DNA of 62,270 bases from positions 1 to 62,270 of the forward strand of contig JBDKTL010000031.1 of NCBI GenBank assembly GCA_039698055.1, read 5' to 3'. Below the pieces are notes generated by a model, which had not been told where the DNA came from, did no database searches, and worked only from the letters and a program-made list of their open reading frames with translations. Of the stretch, positions 1-10,693 are shown piece after piece (position 1 is the stretch's first letter; each line of letters begins with the position of its first letter). Both the position numbers and the translations under genes were made by a program. The stretch is from Methanoregula sp. (lineage in GTDB: Archaea > Halobacteriota > Methanomicrobia > Methanomicrobiales > Methanospirillaceae).

Positions 1-1
1 C

Positions 2-91
2 ATCAATAACGTCACGATCTACAATGCAAAATGGGAGATTGTAAAAGCTGCCATCGCGGACTATCTGGCTCATCCAAAATACACGCTCTAA
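2..91 (+). CDS. 3' end of a gene entering from the left edge (unknown product)
   Basis: Open frame INNVTIYNAKWEIVKAAIADYLAHPKYTL* ending TAA at 89-91, followed immediately by a T-tract (archaeal terminator-like). Confidence 0.6.
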   Translation: MNNVTIYNAKWEIVKAAIADYLAHPKYTL

Positions 92-227
92 TTTTTTTCT
101 AGATCTTGTGCGTAAGTCCTATGAAATATTGAATCAGGTTGACCAAAAGCTCTCCTGAGTATATGGGCGCACAAGTGATATGCAGGTACCGTTCCTCTCT
201 GTATATTCTGAAGAACACATCCCCGGT

Positions 228-1202
228 CTATGGCGGATCTTTTGGCATTTTCGTGGTGATATACCATGCGTGAATGGCAAGCAGGAGATAGATCGGGAAC
301 AGCAGGGTATAAGAATTTGTATCCCCCTCCATCCTGAAGATCCAGACGGTTGCCATCACATCGATCTGGAAGATCATCGTACCCCACCATTTGCCAAGGT
401 ACCCATATCCCAGCCCCGGGAGGAGAAAGTTGAGGAATCCTGCTACCAGCGGGTTTTTTGTTGTCTGGGGCCGTTTTGAGAGTCCTCGCGGGAGATAGGT
501 AAGGGAGACCCCGCATTTAGGCGATGCAAGAACAGTATTCCACCGGACCTCCCGGTTTTCATCGCCTAGTGATTTCATGAGGGCCGGGATAGCTGACGGA
601 TCGTGGATTGCCCCCATCAGTTCAACTGCTTTTATCCTGACCTTGCTGTCACGATCCCGAAGAAGTCCGGTCAGAGCCGGGATGGCAGGTTTTCCGATCT
701 CCTTTGTTGCATTCCATTCCTGCATCCCGGCAAAATAATATGCCCTTTCTGCTGGATCCAAAGGTTTCCAGCCGAGTTTTGCAAGAGAAAATGCCGCCCC
801 GTATCGCACGTATTTATCCGGGTCCCTGAGTGCATGCTGCAAGGGCCCGATCGCTTCCTGGTCGTTAATCTCACCAAGGGCAATGGCTGCCTGCCAGCGG
901 ACCTCGCTGTTCTCATCGGTAAGTGCTCGTTTTAGAGGCGCAATGGACCGGGGGCTGCCAATCTCGGACAGTGCACCGATGATACCCAGTTTCACGGTTT
1001 TATTGCGTGTCCCGAGTGCAGTTTCCAGTTTGTCAAGGGCATCCGGGCCAAGGGTAACAAGAGCCTTTGCGGCGCCGACCTGTACCTCTGTATCCCGGGA
1101 TCGCAGCGCCCTTATGAGGCCTGCGGTATCTTTTCTCGCTTTTAACGTTTCGATATCCGGTTTTTTCAGGGTAAACCACGAAGAAAAGGGCACGCTCTTC
1201 AC
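228..1202 (-). CDS. HEAT (PBS-lyase-type) repeat protein with C-terminal membrane domain
   Basis: Repeats such as ALTDENSEVRWQAAIALGEI and ALRDPDKYVRYGAAFSLAKL; C-terminal hydrophobic LNFLLPGLGYGYLGKW followed by 2 TM segments. Confidence 0.85.
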   Translation of the reverse strand: MKSVPFSSWFTLKKPDIETLKARKDTAGLIRALRSRDTEVQVGAAKALVTLGPDALDKLETALGTRNKTVKLGIIGALSEIGSPRSIAPLKRALTDENSEVRWQAAIALGEINDQEAIGPLQHALRDPDKYVRYGAAFSLAKLGWKPLDPAERAYYFAGMQEWNATKEIGKPAIPALTGLLRDRDSKVRIKAVELMGAIHDPSAIPALMKSLGDENREVRWNTVLASPKCGVSLTYLPRGLSKRPQTTKNPLVAGFLNFLLPGLGYGYLGKWWGTMIFQIDVMATVWIFRMEGDTNSYTLLFPIYLLLAIHAWYITTKMPKDPP

Positions 1203-1203
1203 C

Positions 1204-2136
1204 TCACATATCCGGGATTTTCTTTACTGTGTAATAGGTCATTACTGCAGATACCGCTGTAAACGGAAACACGCAGAGATAGGGGAGCAGCAGTCCCCAC
1301 TGAAGCTGTACCAGAACCAGAAGGGTCATGTAACTCATGAAGACCGGGAAACCCCACCATTTCCCGATGTAATTGTAACCGAGGCCAAAGAAGAAGAAGT
1401 TCAGGATTGCAGCCCCAAAAGGATTGGGAGTTGTTCTGGGCCGGTCAGAGAGAATGATCGGAATGAGGGTGGAATCGACACCACATTTCCTGCAAGCCAG
1501 CACCGCGCTCCATCTCACTTCAGGGTCCCTGTCCATGAGTGCCGATTCGCATGCTTTTTTCGCATCAGGGCCACCAATTTCACCGAGCAGCTCCACACAG
1601 TGTACTCGGGTTGCAGGATTGATATCCCGGCAGGTTTGAACCAGTGGCTCCACGGCGGCATGTCCCATCTTATGGATATCCTGCCATTCCTGTGCTGCGA
1701 TGAGGGAGTACGTCTTTATAATCTCATTCTCCGGTTTCCAGTTGAGTTGTTCAAGGGATTTTATCGCACCGTACCGCACGTAGCGATCCCCGTCCATGAG
1801 TGCTTCACAAAGAGCCGGTACAGCATGGGAATCCCCAATCTGCCCGAGGACGAGGGCAGCAACAAAGCGAACTTCGTTGTCAGGATCGGTTTTAAGGTTG
1901 TGTATCAGGGGATCGATTGACCGGGGACATTTAATCTCACCCAGCGCTTCAATAGCCCCAAGGCGGACGTGCACCTTGGGAAAAGAAAGAATCCTGATAA
2001 GAGGATCGCATGCCTGCTCGCCCAAAGTACCAAGAGCATCAGCTGCCTGCCACTGGATATCCGAATTCCCGTGGTCGAGCATCCGGACGAGCCCGCGAAT
2101 GTCCCGTGATTGTCGCAATCCCTCGATTGGTGTCAT
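1204..2136 (-). CDS. HEAT-repeat protein with C-terminal membrane domain (paralogue of 228-1202)
   Basis: Same repeat pattern (ALMDGDRYVRYGA, ALMDRDPEVRWSAV) and the tail LNFFFFGLGYNYIGKWWG. Start moved to ATG 2136 (MTPIEGL) because the longer ORF overlaps the upstream gene. Confidence 0.85.
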   Translation of the reverse strand: MTPIEGLRQSRDIRGLVRMLDHGNSDIQWQAADALGTLGEQACDPLIRILSFPKVHVRLGAIEALGEIKCPRSIDPLIHNLKTDPDNEVRFVAALVLGQIGDSHAVPALCEALMDGDRYVRYGAIKSLEQLNWKPENEIIKTYSLIAAQEWQDIHKMGHAAVEPLVQTCRDINPATRVHCVELLGEIGGPDAKKACESALMDRDPEVRWSAVLACRKCGVDSTLIPIILSDRPRTTPNPFGAAILNFFFFGLGYNYIGKWWGFPVFMSYMTLLVLVQLQWGLLLPYLCVFPFTAVSAVMTYYTVKKIPDM

Positions 2137-2161
2137 ACCAGTACACCTGACAATGAAAATG

Positions 2162-4906
2162 TCACAACCGTCTCCTCCACCACCCGAAATACACAAGGAT
2201 GGCAATGACCGCTATTACCGCAACGAGCAGCACCGGGTTAGCCTGGATAACGTCTAACAGCCATCCGAACATCCCGACATTTGTGATCATGGCCGGCTTC
2301 GATGCCGGGATGTAGGTTGCATCCGGGTGCTCCTTTTGCTCCAGTGCGGTTGCCTGTGCAGTGATCAGGCCAAAGAGTGAGGTGCCGTTGGAGGAGTCTC
2401 CCCGGAAGATCATGTTGTCCGAGGGATCGATGCCGATATACGATGTGCTGATCAGTTCGGTCTGGCCGGTCGCTTCGCTGATCCGGGTAATGTGAACCGC
2501 ATTTATTCCACCGTGAAGGTTCACCCATGAGGCAGGGATGGTGAAGGTGACATTTGCCGCACCGGTAGTAAGGTTGGCCTTTTTCACATCAAGCGTATAC
2601 GCGATGTCCTGTAACGTGAGGGCGTTACGGCTGGTGATCCTGCTGAACTGATCACGAGTATCGTAACTTACCGATTCCGAGATGGTGTTGTTGATCAGTG
2701 TCCGCTGCGTGAGGATAGGAAGCGTGGCGTGGACTGACCCGGAGACATTTCCAAAACCAAGCGTTGCGTTCAGTGGATCGGTCGTGAATTCGGCATGAGA
2801 TACTTTTCCGGTGATCTGGTTGCTTGTGACCGTGAAATTATTGCCCCAGTACGTGATTGTCAACCCCGGGGAGTGGTGCTGGTATACTTCTACCCGGTCG
2901 AAGAACATAGTGACGGTCGCCCCTGCTGCCCGTGCATCATCCTGATTGATGTCGAGGGTGCCCTGGCCGTCAGCATTATAGCTCATCCCGTCAAATCCCA
3001 CCGGGTAACTTTCAGATGCAGCCGGAGCGGCGGCACTTACGGGATTATTCGCTGGGGGCGCTTCGGGCGGCTGGACTTCTGGTGGCTGAACTGCCGGTGG
3101 GGCTGCCCCGGCTGGTGCAGCTGGCGAACTGCTGTCACCGCTCCCACCGTCCCCATTAGTTGAGGATGAAGAGGATTTCAGGGTCACGGTGTATGCCGGC
3201 GAAACGGTCTTTCCGACATAATCTGCACCGGCATTCTTGTAATTGTCCTTCATTCCGTTTAGGTTACATTCTGCATGGACGATATAGACGCCGTCAGGGT
3301 ACAGGCCATTTGCAGTATTCCAGATAGCACCGGTATGGTAGGGTTGTGAAGAGACAAGGACGCTACCCAGTGAAGTGGTGGTCCCCACCTTGTTCGTGAG
3401 CGACGAGTAAGTACTTCCACCGGGTGCCAGAACGTGAATTGAGATGGGAGTCCCCGGCGCACCTGTAAAAAGGTTGCTGTTAATCAGAAATCCCAGCTCG
3501 TCACCATGCAGGATAGCGCCATTTGTAATATCGGTACCCCGGGTTACATCTTCAATTCCGAGATCGAGTTGGGGGTCTTTTACGATAAATGCCAGGGATC
3601 CGGGAGGGAGTACGCCCGTGTAAACATACCAGTTGCCGGTATACACAACAAAATCTGTCGGGTCAACGTAAAAGTTCGAACGGTCTGGAGGAAGAATGGT
3701 AATTGTCGGGGACGTGACATTGATATCTACGGCAGGGGGCCACCACGCGATGGAGCTGCCTGCGGGGACAGCAGCGGTAATATCCAGTCCGCTCTCACCG
3801 ATAAATACGGTTCCGCCCGCGCTGATAACAGCACTTGGATCGGTGGACAGATTCGTCAGAGGCAGGTTATCTGCATTTCCTGTTGCCAGTGAATATGCAG
3901 AATCTGAAAACCCGTCCGCGTTCAGGTCAGGAGTGATTTGGGAAAAACCGGTCCCCCCTGGAGACGCCCAGTAATTTCCCCCGATACGTGCGCCTCCGAT
4001 AATGTTAGGTCCGGTGCCGGGGGTAGTGTTCCAGATATTGCTCAGGGTTGTCCCCGTAAACAGCACATTTGCAGCATTATAAAAATAGTTATTGTAAATG
4101 GTGTTTGAGCCTGAGGTATCAAGGGAAATTCCTGAGCCACTGTTGCCGCTGATGGTATTTCCGGCCAGAATATTCGTATCAGATCCGGATTCCACACTTA
4201 TGCCCACGCCATTATTATCAAAAGAACTGTTGACGAGGGTATTGCTCGTTGACGTGTAAAACCTGAATCCGTTGTTGTTGTTATTTCCTGTCAGGTTAGA
4301 GAAATAGTTTGAATGCGCATCATTTGTGGCAAACCCAACGTTATTGTTGTTGGCAACGATATTCTCAATGGAATTTGAATTGCTGCCAACCCAGATCCCA
4401 ACCGCGTTTCCTCCATCGTTTGTCGCCGTGCAGTCCTGCACAATATTATCTCCTGAAGAGATCAGGAAAATGCTGTTCATCCACTGGTTTGTCGCGGTAA
4501 TATTCTGGATACGACCCAGATATACACTGTTATAATAGATTCCCTGGTACGATGCATTTACGGTCACATTTTTCACGGTGATATTGGACAATGAAGGACT
4601 GGAATATGCATACACTCCGTGAACATCGGTATACCCTGAGCCGCCAATACCATCGATCCCGTCGATGGTATGCCCCATCCCATCAAACCAGACATCGGAT
4701 GAGTTGATAAATATCCCGTTCCACGGGTGGGTGAAAGGGCTGTTCGTCACATCGTTCTGGAGTTCATATTCTCCCGGTGCTGATATTGTGGCAGGGCCGG
4801 TGATGGGAATCCCGGCACATGCTGGCTGGAGCAGAAAGAGTACAAAGAGTAAAGGGAAAATGGAGGTTAATAAAAGATGACGAATTGTCTGGTTCAGGAC
4901 TTTCAT
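2162..4906 (-). CDS. Large cell-surface protein: signal peptide, NosD/CASH-like parallel beta-helix, DUF3821-like domain, Pro/Ser linker, C-terminal domain and TM anchor
   Basis: Signal peptide ending PACA; Asn-rich repeats (GISLDTSGSNTIYNNYF, GGNYWASPGGTGFS); VFIGESGLDIT...FYVDP...NGMKDNY typical of Methanomicrobiales S-layer-related domains; TM followed by WWRRRL. Confidence 0.8.
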   Translation of the reverse strand: MKVLNQTIRHLLLTSIFPLLFVLFLLQPACAGIPITGPATISAPGEYELQNDVTNSPFTHPWNGIFINSSDVWFDGMGHTIDGIDGIGGSGYTDVHGVYAYSSPSLSNITVKNVTVNASYQGIYYNSVYLGRIQNITATNQWMNSIFLISSGDNIVQDCTATNDGGNAVGIWVGSNSNSIENIVANNNNVGFATNDAHSNYFSNLTGNNNNNGFRFYTSTSNTLVNSSFDNNGVGISVESGSDTNILAGNTISGNSGSGISLDTSGSNTIYNNYFYNAANVLFTGTTLSNIWNTTPGTGPNIIGGARIGGNYWASPGGTGFSQITPDLNADGFSDSAYSLATGNADNLPLTNLSTDPSAVISAGGTVFIGESGLDITAAVPAGSSIAWWPPAVDINVTSPTITILPPDRSNFYVDPTDFVVYTGNWYVYTGVLPPGSLAFIVKDPQLDLGIEDVTRGTDITNGAILHGDELGFLINSNLFTGAPGTPISIHVLAPGGSTYSSLTNKVGTTTSLGSVLVSSQPYHTGAIWNTANGLYPDGVYIVHAECNLNGMKDNYKNAGADYVGKTVSPAYTVTLKSSSSSTNGDGGSGDSSSPAAPAGAAPPAVQPPEVQPPEAPPANNPVSAAAPAASESYPVGFDGMSYNADGQGTLDINQDDARAAGATVTMFFDRVEVYQHHSPGLTITYWGNNFTVTSNQITGKVSHAEFTTDPLNATLGFGNVSGSVHATLPILTQRTLINNTISESVSYDTRDQFSRITSRNALTLQDIAYTLDVKKANLTTGAANVTFTIPASWVNLHGGINAVHITRISEATGQTELISTSYIGIDPSDNMIFRGDSSNGTSLFGLITAQATALEQKEHPDATYIPASKPAMITNVGMFGWLLDVIQANPVLLVAVIAVIAILVYFGWWRRRL

Positions 4907-5386
4907 GGGATCCTCTCGGAATTTTTTTATCTTGCAATTATTTTTTTTAAATTGGGTAATTTCTCCTGCGAAATATATTCACATTCCGTTATCCGGCACG
5001 GGTTCAGAGTTTACGAATAAACCCTCCTCTTGCTGGAAGATGTGGTCTCCCGTTTTTCTTTTCTCCCATCTGCAAGTAATTATGACACGGCATTGAAAGA
5101 CCATGCAGTGCTCCTGACTTCATAATTATCTCATCCACTATGCCTCTTTGCAGATTTTGGAATGTGATCATTGACGGGTGTCCGGGTCGTAAAACCCGGC
5201 ATAATGGGAAATCATATCGCTCCCATTCATCAGCATTACCTTAAAATCATATCCAACATCACAACGTCGCACGGATGTATTTATAGAAATATGCACAGCT
5301 GCTTTGCCATGCAAAGTTGCGGATGCAAATAAGAAGCCTTAAGAAAAACCCGGAACTATAATTTCTCAGCATATATGTGACCCGAT

Positions 5387-6559
5387 ATGAATGTTCTCGA
5401 TCCGGAAAAAATCAGAAAAATTGAGCGCCTTCTTCGACACCAACCCCGGGGCATGACGATATCGGCACTCTCTGCCCGGCTGGACATGAACCGGAACCTT
5501 GTGGCAAAGTACCTTGACGTCCTTCATTATGCAGGTCATGTTGAGATGCAGGTCACCGGAACGGCGAAGGTATATTTCAACTCCCACCGGGTCCCGATAT
5601 CGGCAATGCTTGAATTTTCATCGGATTACATTCTCGTGCTGGATACGGAACTGAAGATCCTGCAGACAAATGAACGAATCCTTGACCTCCTGCATGCAGG
5701 ACGGGACGACCTCATCGGGCGCAGAATTGATGAGATCGATCACCCGTTCTTACAAGGAGTATCCCGTCAGATCCTCTCATCAGGACAGGAGAATAACAAG
5801 GAAAAACCGGTCGAGATTTCCCTGGTGATTGACAACCTGCCAACTTTTTTCAGCATGAAGCAGGTGCCCACCGTTTTTGAAGACGGGTGCAGCGGTTTGA
5901 CCCTTATCCTTGAAGATATCACCGAGCGCCGGAAAACCGAAGAAAAGATCCGGACATCCATGCTCTACCGGGATTTTTTCTCCCGGAAACTTGAGGAATT
6001 TACCGAGCTCCCCCCAAATGCCGATATTTACGCGGCGATCGGTGCGGGTCTTGATGCGCTCATCCCGGATGCGATCATCGATGTCAATGCGTATGATCCC
6101 ATAACAAAAACGCTGAACAAAAAAGCGATCTTCGGGTACCGGGCAGAAGAGTTCGTTGCCCGGACACGCGATAACAACTGCAACTGGGATTTATCACCTG
6201 CCTATGGGACGGTTCCGGATATACTGGGGACCGGAAAATTGTTCCGGCTACCTGGAAAACTCCATTACGCCAGTTTCGAGCAGATCCCTCAGAAATCAAG
6301 CGAGGAGATAGAGAGAGAATTCGACCTTGGGGATTTCTACTCCATAGGTCTTGTCTGGCGGGGAAACCTTCTTGGAAATATCCTGTTTATCCTCCACAGT
6401 GGGGGTACGATCGCCAATGACGCGTTTATCGAGATCTATGCACGGGCTGCCTCGATTGCCCTGCAGCGCCAGATTGCCGAAGCTGCTTACAATGAGAGCA
6501 AGGGAAAACAGACGAGTGAGCTTCTGCCTGATTGCAGAAAAATTTCCCTTGTCACATGA
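5387..6559 (+). CDS. Winged-HTH + PAS (+ GAF-like) transcriptional regulator
   Basis: N-terminal RGMTISALSARLDMNRNLVAKYL...GTAKVY (wHTH), PAS ending LILEDITERRK, and a C-terminal GAF-like segment. No histidine-kinase H-box seen. Confidence 0.75.
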   Translation: MNVLDPEKIRKIERLLRHQPRGMTISALSARLDMNRNLVAKYLDVLHYAGHVEMQVTGTAKVYFNSHRVPISAMLEFSSDYILVLDTELKILQTNERILDLLHAGRDDLIGRRIDEIDHPFLQGVSRQILSSGQENNKEKPVEISLVIDNLPTFFSMKQVPTVFEDGCSGLTLILEDITERRKTEEKIRTSMLYRDFFSRKLEEFTELPPNADIYAAIGAGLDALIPDAIIDVNAYDPITKTLNKKAIFGYRAEEFVARTRDNNCNWDLSPAYGTVPDILGTGKLFRLPGKLHYASFEQIPQKSSEEIEREFDLGDFYSIGLVWRGNLLGNILFILHSGGTIANDAFIEIYARAASIALQRQIAEAAYNESKGKQTSELLPDCRKISLVT

Positions 6560-6982
6560 TAGTTGAGGGGAATCTGAATATTCAGGGTATATCCGTATCA
6601 CTCCTCCCCGGCATTGAGGGGTGATCCGCCTCTCAAATGAGGTTGCCTGAATCTGTCCCCCTCGCAAATAGTAACGGTAGATCTTCCTGAAGTCATAGAG
6701 TTTTTTTCGGATTATGTGAACCAGCGATCATGTTTTCCTCTGCCATGCAAAGTAACGGTGCATATTTTTTAAACTATTCTCAACCAACAACCATTATCGT
6801 CAGGACATCTGTAAGTTGTCATCAGGAGGGAGTGCCGTCTGCGAACCACGCAGACGGTCAGGGACGTTACGATTTGCACAGGAGGATCCAAAAAAACGGC
6901 CCTGCGGCTTTTAGTCTGCTTTGCTCCATGCCAAAATAGGGTGGGATCTTATCTGATATCATGTGGGGGGGATGGATGTATC

Positions 6983-7588
6983 ATGGCAAAGTTTGAGTGC
7001 AACTGGTGCGGGAAATGTTGTGCCAGTTTCGGGGAATTTATCAAAATTGAACGGCAGGTAACCGGGCGGGATTACTTCTGTCGTTATGGGATCACGAACG
7101 AGATATTCCCGGTTCATGTGCATCCGGAGTTTGCCGATGAGATCGAGGAAGCCTTTACGGAATCGGACCCGAAAAATTCCGGCCCTGCCAGTAAAGGATG
7201 TATCTTCATGCGAAAGAATCCCCAGGGGAAGGGATTTGCCTGCGCCATCTACGAAACCCGGCCCAGCATCTGCCGGGAATTCAAGTGCTACCGGATGCTG
7301 ATCCACCACCCCCCAACTGGGGAAGTGCGGGGTAAGGTAATCGGCATTAACGAGCTCAGGAGTCACGATGAAACCCTGGAATTGATCTGGAACGAAAAGA
7401 TCTCCCCCCTGCCCCACCCGTTCAACAGCCGGCAATCCCCTGCGTCCGGGGCTCCGTCAGTCCATGGTCACGAAAGCCATGTCGATGCGCACATAAACGA
7501 TCTCGGTCATGGCGATGATACCGAATGGGTCACGACCGTGATCACGGTCCTTGCAGCGCACGGGTACCATGGCGAACCCGTGGAATAA
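6983..7588 (+). CDS. YkgJ family Zn/Fe-chelating cysteine-cluster protein
   Basis: FECNWCGKCC, CIF...CAIYETRPSICREFKC motifs; His-rich C-terminal part; start ATG 6983. Confidence 0.8.
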   Translation: MAKFECNWCGKCCASFGEFIKIERQVTGRDYFCRYGITNEIFPVHVHPEFADEIEEAFTESDPKNSGPASKGCIFMRKNPQGKGFACAIYETRPSICREFKCYRMLIHHPPTGEVRGKVIGINELRSHDETLELIWNEKISPLPHPFNSRQSPASGAPSVHGHESHVDAHINDLGHGDDTEWVTTVITVLAAHGYHGEPVE

Positions 7589-7858
7589 TGTCGGACATTG
7601 TCATGATTGCGTTTGTTTAAAATTGCGATCCCATTACCCCACGCGGGTGAATTATTGATGGAGGGTAATGGCGGACAGTATACCGATCCTTTGTACTCCC
7701 TGCCATTTTCCCGTCCGGTGGATTTATCAAAAAGGTTGAGGATGAGTGGGTTATTCTCCCCTCACCGAACGGGTACCGGATCGGTGGATGTATGTTGCGG
7801 GAAAATTACGGGAACTGCCCGTTCCCAAAAAAACCCCGGCACCCGAACCAGAAAAAAA

Positions 7859-10657
7859 TTATTCAATAATAATTGACGGCTTGAACGGCAGTGCCATCGA
7901 TGCTTTTGCTTGGCCGCTTGATTCAGCATCGGCGATATGGACCGGCACCCCGAACTCCTTTTCAAGGAACGTTTTTGCCGATTCAAAAACTACCCGTTCA
8001 TCGACCGGGGCTTTGCTGAGCGGTTCAACTACCTGCGGGGGAAGCCGGTGGATAAGTGTCGTGCACTGTTTTGCTGCGTCAGTGGCTTCCCTGCCACGCT
8101 GTTTCATCGCATCGTTTTTCATGATCTCCTTGATCACCGTGTTCCGGTCGGTCGATTGTGCGATGATGGCAAAGATCTCCTGTTTCCATGCCGGGGCAAG
8201 GGCAATGGTGATCGATTTTGGCGTGATCTGGATCAGTTTCATGATGGACTCGATATCTTCCACCGTCCGGGAAAGCAGTTCTTCTGCAAGTTCGATCTGC
8301 GGTTTGATGAGTTTTTCATCGGCAACCGGCCACGGGGCAAACGATACGAGATCCTTGTTACCCATCTCTTTCCAGAGATGTTCGCAGGTGAACGGGATGA
8401 ACGGGGCAAGCAGCCGCGTCCATACAGAGCAGAGCGTGACAAGATCGGTGCTGCCTGCACAGCCTTCCGGCACCCTGCGGCGGTACCACCGGAGATCGGT
8501 TTCAATACCGAAATACGCTTCCTGAAGCGCCTGCCGGGTCTGGAAATTTTCAAGAGCGGCAGTCATCCGCCCGATGTGCGCCTGGAGCCGGCTCATCAGC
8601 CAGTGGTCGATATCCTGTGGTTCGCCACTGGCCTTTTTTATCTCAGATATGGTCGTGTAGAACCGTTCGATCTGTTTTTTTGTCGAGATAACGAGTTCGT
8701 TTCTCCAGTCAAAGTCCTGCCAGGGTTCGGCGCTGCCCATCAAAAACATCCTGACCGTATCGGCGCCAAACTCGGCAACCGCATCTTCCAGCAGGAACAC
8801 GTTTCCTTTCGATGAGGACATCTTGGCGCCGTTTAACAACCCCATGCCAAAGACGACCATACCCTTTGGGAGTTTGTCTTTTGGGAAGATCGTCACATGG
8901 TGGAAGAGCTGGAACGTGAGGTGGTTTGAGATCAAATCCTTGGCCGAGAACCGGAAGTTATACGGGTACCAGTACTCGAACTCTTCCCGCATTGCGTCCA
9001 GTTTCTTCTTTTCCGGAAGGTCCGGGGATTTTTTGCCAAGGAAAATATAATCAAAGACTTCGGGAGTGAGCAGTTTTGAGTCGATCTCGCGGATTTTGTG
9101 GGCGATCGTGTAATACGACATATATACGGTCGAATCAGAGAGCGGCTCGATCAACTGGGTGGTGTCCCACGGGAACCGGGTTCCAAGGCCGACACGGCGG
9201 GTGCATGCCCAGTCCTTGAGCCAGTCCACGGTCCGGTCGAATTCGGCACGGACTTCCGGTGGAACGAGCGTCATGTCTTTTAAGTGATCGGCAACCTGCG
9301 CCTTCCATGCCGGGTCGCTGTACTTCAGGAACCACTGGTCGTGCAGGATCTTGACCATCACCTTGTTGCCGCACCGGCAGATGACCGGCCGGGAATCGAA
9401 CTCGTACATGATTGCCGAGTCATATTTGTCGATCATTTCCTGTGCAACATCTTCACGGGCAATCTTGACCGGTTTGCCGCCGAACTGCGCGAAGAGTTTT
9501 CCCTTCGAGAACTCGGCAGAGTAGATCTCCTGCGTGAGTGCGTCCATCCGGCTGTCCATCTGGTGGGCAATACCGGCTTTTTCGACAGCGAACTGTGCCG
9601 GGATCTCGCCGTATCCTTCAACCTTGATCAGCGGGATCGGTTTGATCTGCGTATATTTTCCCTGCTGCTGGAGGTCGCGGAGGGCGATGTAGTCAAAGGG
9701 TGCATGGGCGGGAACGCTCATGACCATGCCGCTTGCCATGTCGGCATCGACAAAGTCTGCGGGAAGAACCGGGACTTCTCCGCAGAGCGGGTGGCTGACT
9801 GTTTTGTCAATCAGGTCTTTACCGGCAATCTCTTCTTTGACCTCGACCGTGTGGTCCTGCAGGGCGAGTTTTTCTGCTGCTTCCTTTGAGATGATCCATG
9901 CCCTGCCATCAACAAGAGCCTTCACGTACGTGACATTCGGGTTGACCCAGAGGTTGGTCACTCCGTGGATCGTTTCGGGGCGAAGGGTGGCTGTGGGGAT
10001 GAACGCATCCCCGTACCGGAACATGACCAGCGTGAACTTGATCACTTCTGCCTTATCGCCTTCGAGAAGATCGTGGTCGCCGACCGGGTTGTCGTCCACC
10101 GTGCAGTACCTTACAGGGTGAACTCCTTTGATCACGTGCCCGGCTTCATACAGGTGTTTCCACTGCCATTCCACGAATTTGCTGTACGTGGGATCGACAG
10201 TGATGAACCGACGGCGCCAGTCAATGGAGAGCCCGCATGCCGTCATCACCCGCTGGTATTCGGCGGCAAAGTGCCGGACGATGGTCAGCGGGTCGGTGAA
10301 TTCCTTTAACACATCCTGCGGGACTTTGTAGAGGTCCCGGTACAGGTGAATCGTTTTTGGATCGTTTCGTGCGATCCGTTTGGAGATCCCGACGACCGGT
10401 GCACCCGTGACATGGAAAGCCATCGGGTAGAGCACCTGTTTGCCCCGCATCCGCCAGAACCGTGCGATGACATCGGGAACAATATATGTCCTGCCGTGGC
10501 CGACATGCATGGCGCCGCTCGGGTACGGGAATGCGACGTTCAGGTAATATTTTTCGAGGTTTGAGGGATTGGACTCAAATGCATGTAACCATCGTTCCTG
10601 TGCTTCTTCTTCAAATCTGCCCAGATCAAATTCGCTCAAAACTAATTCACCTTCCAC
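7859..10657 (-). CDS. leuS: Leucine--tRNA ligase (archaeal type)
   Basis: [12 protein letters not shown] (HIGH) and KMSSSKGN (KMSKS) motifs, editing-domain ATLRPET and [15 protein letters not shown]-terminal [11 protein letters not shown]. Confidence 0.97.
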   Translation of the reverse strand: MEGELVLSEFDLGRFEEEAQERWLHAFESNPSNLEKYYLNVAFPYPSGAMHVGHGRTYIVPDVIARFWRMRGKQVLYPMAFHVTGAPVVGISKRIARNDPKTIHLYRDLYKVPQDVLKEFTDPLTIVRHFAAEYQRVMTACGLSIDWRRRFITVDPTYSKFVEWQWKHLYEAGHVIKGVHPVRYCTVDDNPVGDHDLLEGDKAEVIKFTLVMFRYGDAFIPTATLRPETIHGVTNLWVNPNVTYVKALVDGRAWIISKEAAEKLALQDHTVEVKEEIAGKDLIDKTVSHPLCGEVPVLPADFVDADMASGMVMSVPAHAPFDYIALRDLQQQGKYTQIKPIPLIKVEGYGEIPAQFAVEKAGIAHQMDSRMDALTQEIYSAEFSKGKLFAQFGGKPVKIAREDVAQEMIDKYDSAIMYEFDSRPVICRCGNKVMVKILHDQWFLKYSDPAWKAQVADHLKDMTLVPPEVRAEFDRTVDWLKDWACTRRVGLGTRFPWDTTQLIEPLSDSTVYMSYYTIAHKIREIDSKLLTPEVFDYIFLGKKSPDLPEKKKLDAMREEFEYWYPYNFRFSAKDLISNHLTFQLFHHVTIFPKDKLPKGMVVFGMGLLNGAKMSSSKGNVFLLEDAVAEFGADTVRMFLMGSAEPWQDFDWRNELVISTKKQIERFYTTISEIKKASGEPQDIDHWLMSRLQAHIGRMTAALENFQTRQALQEAYFGIETDLRWYRRRVPEGCAGSTDLVTLCSVWTRLLAPFIPFTCEHLWKEMGNKDLVSFAPWPVADEKLIKPQIELAEELLSRTVEDIESIMKLIQITPKSITIALAPAWKQEIFAIIAQSTDRNTVIKEIMKNDAMKQRGREATDAAKQCTTLIHRLPPQVVEPLSKAPVDERVVFESAKTFLEKEFGVPVHIADAESSGQAKASMALPFKPSIIIE

Positions 10658-10693
10658 AATTTTTTTTAAAAAACAATAGTGTTGTAGTTTGTC

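Noticed and set aside
883-1920. 345-aa plus-strand ORF
   Set aside because: Antisense shadow of the two HEAT genes, with no motifs.
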